Position numbers and translations under genes: made by a program
NCBI GenBank assembly: GCA_048939625.1
Contig: JBHLPH010000027.1
Span: 1-12,926 of the forward strand
Reading direction: 5' to 3'
Length of the DNA stretch: 12,926 nt
From: Promethearchaeota archaeon
GTDB taxonomy: Archaea > Asgardarchaeota > Hermodarchaeia > Hermodarchaeales > Hermodarchaeaceae
The notes under the pieces: generated by a model
Told to the model about the DNA's origin: nothing
The model's input: the letters and a program-made list of their open reading frames with translations, nothing else
The model's database searches: none
Shown: positions 6,726-12,926 of the stretch, one piece after another
How the letters are laid out: each line of letters starts with the position of its first letter
How positions within the stretch are numbered: position 1 is the stretch's first letter

Positions 6726-7970
6726 TTATTTTGCTGGTTCTTCCTCACTTGGCTTCTTTATGAGATACCATCCGACGACCAATGCAAGGATGAAGAAGAG
6801 AATGGTGATTTGTAAACCAAGTATGTAGTTACCACCAAACACATAGATTGCCATGAAGGCGATGATGATGGCACCAAGCCCTAGTTGTCCAATATTGGAT
6901 AGGCTGTTGTAGAGATTCATCATTGTACCCCCAAGGATGCTGGGGGAATTGTCCATTCCAATTCGCATGTATGTTGCTTCATAACCACCGTTGGCCATGC
7001 CGACAAGGAAGAAGAAGCCTGCTGTGATTGTCCAAGTAAGTAAGTAGGGGGCAGCAATAAGAGCTGAAATTACTGCAATGATGTAAAGGATTGTAGCTAC
7101 TGGTAACATCGTTCGAAGTGAAACTTTATCACCTAAGACTCCGATGATAATCGCTCCAAGGAACCATCCAATCGCGAAGATCATGAAGATGATTCCGACA
7201 GTGATGAGATCGAATCCAAGGCCTTCTTCTAGAAGCGTTTGAAGAATTGGAACAATGGCGATTGCTATTCCAGCCAGAATTTGGAAGAGTAGGCAAATTT
7301 GGACTTTTCTCATTGAAAAGACATCTTTGTACGTTGAGAAGGGTACGGCAGAGAAGTCTGGAGGAAGTGGGTTTTCTTTGATAACTAGTGTTAAGAAGGT
7401 GAAGACTGCGAGGAGTATTCCGGGAATGAGAAAGACGAGAGTCCAGAGATCGGCAAATGAGAGTAATCCCATACCGACCGCAGCAAGACCTAGTCCAAGG
7501 CCTCGAAAGCCCCAGGATATGCCTTGTATACTTCCTCGTCTACGTGGAGGTGTAACATCTACAGCCATGGCATCGATAACTGCATCGCTCATAGCGGCTC
7601 CAGTCGATGCTAAGAGACCAACTACGACCAGAAGAGGTCCAAAGCCAAATGATCCGCCAACGAAAGGAATACTTAGCCATCCAATGAGCCCAAATGCTGC
7701 GGCAATGAAGATATAGGGTTTCCGACGACCCCAGCTTTTCAAGGGTACATTATCTGACAGAATCCCAAAGATGATTTTCAGATACCATGGAAGCAAAATT
7801 ATGGATTGCCAGAGGATACTATCGAAATCACTGAGTCCAAGATACCGTAAATAACTGGGAAGAAAAACTAGTGCACCGAAGGCAACACCCTGGGCGAGGT
7901 AGAAGAGTCCCACCCAGCCAAGGTTGCTGTTTCGCCAGACGGCTTCATAATCAGGTTCTTTGAGGGACAT
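6726..7970 (-). CDS. MFS transporter, BT1 (folate/biopterin)/AmpG-related
   Basis: About 12 TM segments with LFYLAQGV, LPWYLKIIFGILSD...WGRRKPYI, SDAVIDAMAVD and GVLGDKVS. Confidence 0.88.
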   Translation of the reverse strand: MSLKEPDYEAVWRNSNLGWVGLFYLAQGVAFGALVFLPSYLRYLGLSDFDSILWQSIILLPWYLKIIFGILSDNVPLKSWGRRKPYIFIAAAFGLIGWLSIPFVGGSFGFGPLLVVVGLLASTGAAMSDAVIDAMAVDVTPPRRRGSIQGISWGFRGLGLGLAAVGMGLLSFADLWTLVFLIPGILLAVFTFLTLVIKENPLPPDFSAVPFSTYKDVFSMRKVQICLLFQILAGIAIAIVPILQTLLEEGLGFDLITVGIIFMIFAIGWFLGAIIIGVLGDKVSLRTMLPVATILYIIAVISALIAAPYLLTWTITAGFFFLVGMANGGYEATYMRIGMDNSPSILGGTMMNLYNSLSNIGQLGLGAIIIAFMAIYVFGGNYILGLQITILFFILALVVGWYLIKKPSEEEPAK

Positions 7971-7996
7971 ATCTTACATTTTTCATGATAGGAGGC

Positions 7997-8004
7997 TTAT
8001 ATAA
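7997..8004 (-). promoter_or_regulatory. TATA box of the MFS gene (probably leaderless mRNA)
   Basis: TTATATAA lies 26 nt upstream of ATG 7970 with no SD in between. Confidence 0.55.
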
Positions 8005-8025
8005 TTACAAGCTTGAAGAAATATC

Positions 8026-8067
8026 AAAAAAAGAGATAGAGGGGGCGGGTTTAGTTGGTTCGCCCCC
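8026..8067 (-). terminator. GC hairpin plus U7 terminator of the surface glycoprotein gene
   Basis: Inverted repeat GGGGGCG (8041-8047) / CGCCCCC (8061-8067), followed on the minus strand by TCTATCTCTTTTTTT. Confidence 0.7.
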
Positions 8068-8096
8068 CAATAGTTTTGATGTGATGAGCTTGGTAA

Positions 8097-10328
8097 TTAG
8101 CTTCGTCGTTTCCAGACAATATAGCCAATGAGTAGTCCGATCGCAAGCATTACAACGCCAACAGCAATCAATGCACCAATCATCAATGGGGAGATTAGGG
8201 GTTGGGCTGGGCCGATGATGAGAGAATAGGTTCCATCACCGACAATTGCTAGACTTATCCGCCCAGAGTGTCGTGCTGTGAAGGTTCCGGTGAATGTCAT
8301 GCTGAAGGGGAATGATGCTCCTGCTCCAATGATGCTATCGAATAATGATCCGATGATAAATGGATTTTCACCAATGACATTAGTGAAGTAACCATAAGCA
8401 TAATTGGCATCAGGATGCAGCTCTAAGGTAACAGCGTATGTATTTCCAGCTGCGACATCAAAGGTGTAACACTTGAAGTCCTCTGGGGTTAGGTTTTCTG
8501 AAACTACCGTACCAAATAGGTAGAATTCAGGAGGCGTAATAGTGACGTTGACAACACCTTGTGTCATGTCTCCGCCAACCATGCCTGGTCCCCAAACCCA
8601 TAAGTAATTGACAATATCGCGAACTGAAACGTAGTTGAGTGTAGCAGTGTCATTAGTGTTAATTGATTGACCGGTTCCAGTATTGGGATCAGCATATCCA
8701 AGTGGTGGTCCAAAAAAGCTAATGTACTGCCAGTCACGGAAGCTCTCAGGTTGCAAGTAGTCTTCGATTCCAATAACACCACTGGTGTTATATTGAGTAG
8801 CAAGCGCGCTAACAGTGTATACGCCTCCGCTCGCTTGAGGAAGTGCAAAGCAATGGTAGAAGGGTCCAACAGTACTATTGAAGTCAAAGGTTAATCCTGC
8901 TTCGGTAAGTTCAGGGAAGGGTGTGAGGTCGATGTTGGCTGTGATATTAAAGGTCTCGGTTGTGATAGCGCTAATCGGACTTGCAAGTACGTACATGTAG
9001 AAGGTATTGAAGCGGCTATAAGTTCCTGCGAAAGGCGGAACAGCACTCACTATGGTTCCGTTTACAGACATGGTATAGGTACCTGTTGCCATCCATTGTT
9101 CCATGTAAGAACTTCCAAGCACAGAACTAGATGGGTAGCCCATACTTTGTGCCGTGGCGTATCCATGTTCAAGAGTATCGTGGAGAGTGTAAGAACTTGA
9201 CATATCCTGATAAATTTCGAAGAGTGGACCAGTGAAACCAAAGCTCCACGCGTCAAAGGTCATCACAGACCAGTTCATTCCTTGGTGATTGGAGAAGTAT
9301 GCATCAAAATAATGACCTTCTGGAATGGTAACTCGGACGAAGTTATAATACACATTCGGAGTCGTGTTGAATTGGAGTTCTAACGGAGTTCCAGGTATTA
9401 ATTCAAGTGTTGGTACTGGATCGACATTCAATGTGAATGTTGTCATCGAGCTATTAAGGAATTCAATAGGATTACTTAATCCGACAACATAATACACTCC
9501 ACCTTCAAGAACTATTTGTTCTTTGGCTGGTCCCCATGTGGTACTGTTAACACTTGGTCCTGCAGGAACATCGTAGGTTGGGCTCCAAAGATTATAGGGC
9601 ATCATTTGGCCGTACGTGAGGTCAATGAGCATCATCTCATCAAGAGAATCAAAGAATGCGTCTCCACCCCAACCTGCTGTTGTACTCCAATTCAGGCTAC
9701 CAAATGCTGTGAAGTTATAGAAGTCATTCGCTGGAAGATGCAGTCGGAAACCTGTCCAAGTATCATCCGTTGTCCATTCGAGGGTCGTATTCTCTCCCAT
9801 TGGCATTGCATCGGGTAAGGTGCTGAATACTAATTTTTGGTCAACAACTAATTCTCCTGTGACCTGGTCACCAGCAGAATAGTCGTCAATTTCGAAGTCG
9901 ATTCGGATATAGCCAGGTTCCACACAAATCATGTCAAATTCTACATAATCTGTGTCATTTTCTGCTTGGTTATTAAAGTTGTATGAATCAAATTGTTGAA
10001 TAGAACTGAAGGGTGTACCAAATCCTGGCCAGAACATTTGCATTGTCTGGTACCAGTCAGTCTCGACATCGAGTATCGGCGTTGCTGCGATATCTACATA
10101 GAACGATAGGTTGAACGAATAAATGCCTGGTTCAATGATTTCAACGATAAAGCTGTCTAGTGGATCTGTATCGTTAACGATGATTGATCCCATGCCGTTC
10201 ACTGGGACGCTAACAGCCATCACTGTGGAAGAGAACGCATCCTCTTGGGTCAGTGGTGGAGGAATACCAAATGTAAACACTAGTAAACTGATCACTAGAA
10301 GACTCATTTTCATAATTTTATGGTTCAT
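8097..10328 (-). CDS. Large membrane-anchored extracellular glycoprotein with repeated beta-sandwich (PPC-like) domains
   Basis: N-terminal signal peptide (MNHKIMKMSLLVISLLVFTFG), an acidic and aromatic beta-rich body, 17 N-x-S/T sequons, and a C-terminal TM helix ending WKRRS. The start is uncertain: GTG 10343, ATG 10328, 10313 or 10307. Confidence 0.85.
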   Translation of the reverse strand: MNHKIMKMSLLVISLLVFTFGIPPPLTQEDAFSSTVMAVSVPVNGMGSIIVNDTDPLDSFIVEIIEPGIYSFNLSFYVDIAATPILDVETDWYQTMQMFWPGFGTPFSSIQQFDSYNFNNQAENDTDYVEFDMICVEPGYIRIDFEIDDYSAGDQVTGELVVDQKLVFSTLPDAMPMGENTTLEWTTDDTWTGFRLHLPANDFYNFTAFGSLNWSTTAGWGGDAFFDSLDEMMLIDLTYGQMMPYNLWSPTYDVPAGPSVNSTTWGPAKEQIVLEGGVYYVVGLSNPIEFLNSSMTTFTLNVDPVPTLELIPGTPLELQFNTTPNVYYNFVRVTIPEGHYFDAYFSNHQGMNWSVMTFDAWSFGFTGPLFEIYQDMSSSYTLHDTLEHGYATAQSMGYPSSSVLGSSYMEQWMATGTYTMSVNGTIVSAVPPFAGTYSRFNTFYMYVLASPISAITTETFNITANIDLTPFPELTEAGLTFDFNSTVGPFYHCFALPQASGGVYTVSALATQYNTSGVIGIEDYLQPESFRDWQYISFFGPPLGYADPNTGTGQSINTNDTATLNYVSVRDIVNYLWVWGPGMVGGDMTQGVVNVTITPPEFYLFGTVVSENLTPEDFKCYTFDVAAGNTYAVTLELHPDANYAYGYFTNVIGENPFIIGSLFDSIIGAGASFPFSMTFTGTFTARHSGRISLAIVGDGTYSLIIGPAQPLISPLMIGALIAVGVVMLAIGLLIGYIVWKRRS

Positions 10329-10431
10329 TTTCTCAAATCTCACTATAGTTCGATTTTTTATGCAGTAGGATAGACGATTCCCGCTGGAAGATTCGAATCG
10401 CCAACTGCTTACCGCTGACTAAAGAAACCAG

Positions 10432-10439
10432 TATAAAAA
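10432..10439 (-). promoter_or_regulatory. Candidate TATA box for the glycoprotein gene
   Basis: TTTTTATA on the minus strand. The predicted TSS near 10408 coincides with the start of a hairpin. Confidence 0.5.
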
Positions 10440-10525
10440 TTGTATCGGTGTGAAAAAATCGCTGGCTTTTTATTGAATTCTTCAAGATGCGTAATATAGC
10501 CATTTTAAACTGGTTTTAGTGCGTT

Positions 10526-11374
10526 CTAACGGATTTTATTTCCACATTTCGGACAAAAGTTACCTTGAAACATGAACAATGGGTACTCAGAATCACACTT
10601 GGAACAATGGACAATCAGTTCCTTTCCACATTGGGTGCAACGTTCACTTATTGGAACAGTCTTATGACAATGTGGACATTGAACTTGGGGAATGGCTGGC
10701 ATACCACCAGGCATCATAGCCGGACCAGTTACTGGTGGTGCTGGACTCGGCGAACTCGGTGCACCACTTGTTACTGGAGCAGCACAATGGGGGCAATGTG
10801 TATCTCCGGCAGGGATGGATGATCCGCAGAATGGACATTTATTCTTAACCTTCGCTGCTTCGATTTGGGCCTCAATCACTGCAAACATCTGAGGCTTCTT
10901 ACTTTCGAACTGTATGTCTTCTCCGCTAGTCAATGTAATGACGAGTTTGTTTTGGGGGCTATCGATATTATCAATGACCATCAGAGGAACAGCAAGGGAC
11001 TCTGCAACACCGCCTTTTCCACGAGCGACCATTTGATTAGTTGAAATTGTATCGAGGACAATAGCAGTTGCTGTAGCATGGGTTGCATGACTAATACCTC
11101 GTCCAATCGCCCGACCTGCAAAGCCACCATGACGGCGAGCCGCACCCGCAGCAACGGATCCAGCAACCCCCACTGCGAAGGCTTTGGCGAATCCACCTAG
11201 GAGTCCGCCTCCCTTTTGTTTCTCAAGTTTATACCAGACGATGCGAATATCCGAGACGGCAAGATTTCCCGAATTTCCTTCGAATTTAACGTCATCAATG
11301 GTTGTTTCGATTTTTTCATATCCCAGGGGGACCAATTGACCGTTCTGGACTGACACGTTGAGAAATTCTGTCAT
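10526..11374 (-). CDS. PH-like (GRAM/GLUE-like) domain with Gly-rich insertion, Pro-rich linker and three zinc ribbons
   Basis: Six CxxC motifs (CPFC/CPHC, CPHC/CTQC, CSKC/CPKC). GNLAVSDIRIVW...SLAVPLMVIDNI...KLVITL...IQF plus a terminal helix follows the PH-fold pattern. A TTATA about 25 nt upstream of the ATG (11403-11399) suggests its own promoter. Confidence 0.8.
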   Translation of the reverse strand: MTEFLNVSVQNGQLVPLGYEKIETTIDDVKFEGNSGNLAVSDIRIVWYKLEKQKGGGLLGGFAKAFAVGVAGSVAAGAARRHGGFAGRAIGRGISHATHATATAIVLDTISTNQMVARGKGGVAESLAVPLMVIDNIDSPQNKLVITLTSGEDIQFESKKPQMFAVIEAQIEAAKVKNKCPFCGSSIPAGDTHCPHCAAPVTSGAPSSPSPAPPVTGPAMMPGGMPAIPQVQCPHCHKTVPISERCTQCGKELIVHCSKCDSEYPLFMFQGNFCPKCGNKIR

Positions 11375-11467
11375 ATCTCAACCCGCGTATTCCCTGCCTA
11401 TAACTTTTGTACCTCAATTGAAAGAGGAACGAAATATTCCAGATATCGCAAAGCATGTAAGCGCTAG

Positions 11468-12790
11468 TCATTCACTTTCAATTACTTGGTTTTTTTCAGA
11501 ACTGCTTTGCTTCTTTATATATTCGAGATCATCCTTTTCGAGATGTTTTTCAACACGGGGTAGATCAGTAAGTACCCACGCAAGAATCAATACTGTGACT
11601 AGTATCGAGCCAAACACTATGAATATCAAAGGAATTGAAAACAGCTCCGCGAAAATGCCTGCAACCAGAAACGCGAAGGGTGCAGTGAATTGGGCAATTG
11701 TCGTACGCACTGAAAAGACGCGACCTAATTTCTCTGGGGGCACCATCTTTTGCCAAATTGTCTGACTAGACACATTCGCAATTGGCAGGGTGAAACCAAT
11801 GAGGACAACGCCAAACGCCGCAACCCAAAAAATGCCAGGTGGGGTCAATGCAATAATAATCATCCCAAAAGCACCACAGAAGATGCCTAAAAAGACTCCA
11901 ATGATATTTCGCTTGAATCCTCCCCAAACCATCATGACGGCTGAGGCTACCATCATACTGCCGCTCTGCAGAGACAATAGAGTGGCTAGATAAATTACTG
12001 CAAGATTAAGATCGCCCAATGCGAGAATGTTTGTACTAAAGAGGGGAAGTAGGATGAAAATAGGGGGTAGTAAAAAGTTCGTTATGGCGAAGAGGGTTAG
12101 GAGGGTCAGGAGTCCGGAACGAGTGCGGATGAAAGATAAGCCTTCAGAAAACTCTCGTCTAAAAGAGGGTTTCTCCGTAACAATCTTCATCATGCGTACC
12201 GATGGAATTGTGACAAGGATGGCAGGGATAATGGCAATTAGATAAGTGCCAATATCAATGAAGAGGATACGAGCCATATCTCCGAGGAAGACGAGGAATA
12301 CAAGGGCTCCAATTGCGGGACCAATCGTCTGGATGAAGGCTGTGGCAAATAGGTTTAGGCTGTTCATGCGGGTTAGGTGCTTTCGGGCAACCATGATGGG
12401 GATTATTGCTTGAACAGCCATTGCATGGAAGGCTCCCACCATTCCTCCAATTAGCTGTAGAATGAGTACATGGATTATATTTGCTATTCCGATAAAGAAG
12501 AGTATCACTAAAACAAAACTCAGTAAGGCTAGTAGGCTATCGGCGATGATAATGACTTTCTTCCGAGACCATCGGTCGACGAGAACTCCTGCAATTGGTG
12601 TGATCAGGATGAAGCTGCCAAACCCGAAAAAGGCGGATATTCCCAGAAAGAATGCACTTCCTGTTTGGATTGTAATCCACCAGGTGAGGCTGAAGTTAAC
12701 GATGTTCGTACCTGCTAGTGAGGCTAGTTGACCTCCCCAGAAAATCAGATAGCTACGAAAGGTTTTGCGATCTGGCTCTGGTTGTTCCAT
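11468..12790 (-). CDS. MFS exporter, DHA3/MefA-like
   Basis: FWGGQLASLAGT, WWITIQTGSA, motif A GVLVDRWSRKKVIIIAD, QKMVPPEKLGRVFS, about 12 TM segments, and SD GAAGGAG at 12803-12797. Confidence 0.92.
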   Translation of the reverse strand: MEQPEPDRKTFRSYLIFWGGQLASLAGTNIVNFSLTWWITIQTGSAFFLGISAFFGFGSFILITPIAGVLVDRWSRKKVIIIADSLLALLSFVLVILFFIGIANIIHVLILQLIGGMVGAFHAMAVQAIIPIMVARKHLTRMNSLNLFATAFIQTIGPAIGALVFLVFLGDMARILFIDIGTYLIAIIPAILVTIPSVRMMKIVTEKPSFRREFSEGLSFIRTRSGLLTLLTLFAITNFLLPPIFILLPLFSTNILALGDLNLAVIYLATLLSLQSGSMMVASAVMMVWGGFKRNIIGVFLGIFCGAFGMIIIALTPPGIFWVAAFGVVLIGFTLPIANVSSQTIWQKMVPPEKLGRVFSVRTTIAQFTAPFAFLVAGIFAELFSIPLIFIVFGSILVTVLILAWVLTDLPRVEKHLEKDDLEYIKKQSSSEKNQVIESE

Positions 12791-12833
12791 GCTGTTCTCC
12801 TTCCATATGGTAAAGAGGTTGTATAATCAGAAG

Positions 12834-12854
12834 CGTTCTCAAGTAATGAGAACG
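12834..12854. promoter_or_regulatory. Perfect 8-5-8 inverted repeat upstream of the exporter
   Basis: CGTTCTCA-AGTAA-TGAGAACG lies just upstream of a minus-strand TTATAC (12826-12821). Confidence 0.6.
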
Positions 12855-12926
12855 TCCTCTTATTCTATGATATAAGCTTTTGGAATGGTGAGGAATTTAA
12901 TTATAATTTAATTTCTTTTGATTATC

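Noticed and set aside
7255-7716. 153-aa antisense ORF and other short antisense or off-frame ORFs (e.g. 11358..11765, 9516..9818, 4532..4870, 1370..1672)
   Set aside because: They are shadows of well-supported genes, with no motifs or translation signals.
10385-10402. TTCGAATC as a tRNA T-loop
   Set aside because: No cloverleaf can be built around it on either strand.
10730-10765. PSSPSPAPP as a P(S/T)AP late-domain motif
   Set aside because: It does not match PSAP/PTAP or PPxY and is best read as a generic Pro-rich linker.
12894-12913. Near-palindrome AATTTAATTATAATTTAATT
   Set aside because: It is low-complexity pure AT sequence at the window edge and is likely chance.
1-12926. CRISPR array, transposase/integrase, rRNA/tRNA or defence system
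   Set aside because: I found no regularly spaced repeats, terminal inverted repeats or recognisable motifs, and all intergenic gaps are short (under 200 bp).

Overview
The window is gene-dense archaeal DNA: GGTGA/GGTGG ribosome-binding sites, TATA/BRE promoters and sequon-rich, C-terminally anchored surface proteins. The protein styles suggest an Asgard archaeon (Thor/Hermod-like), but this is inference. Gene order: an edge-truncated TetR regulator missing from the ORF track, divergent from two tandem ICMT/Ste14-family membrane methyltransferases, with a clear palindromic operator between them; an ArsR-type wHTH fused to a degenerate papain/BtrH-like domain; an M50/site-2-protease-like membrane protein with no HExxH; a DUF6064-like membrane protein; a beta-helix plus cadherin-like surface protein; a BT1/AmpG-like MFS transporter; a 743-aa repeat-built surface glycoprotein; a split PH (GRAM/GLUE-like) plus glycine-zipper plus triple zinc-ribbon protein; and a DHA3/MefA-like MFS exporter. 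I saw no RNA genes, CRISPR arrays or mobile elements. The most interesting candidates are the GLUE/GRAM-like zinc-ribbon protein, the adjacent pair of apparent pseudo-proteases (one fused to a DNA-binding domain) and several strand-specific RNA hairpins. All family calls come from motif recognition by eye, with no database searches.
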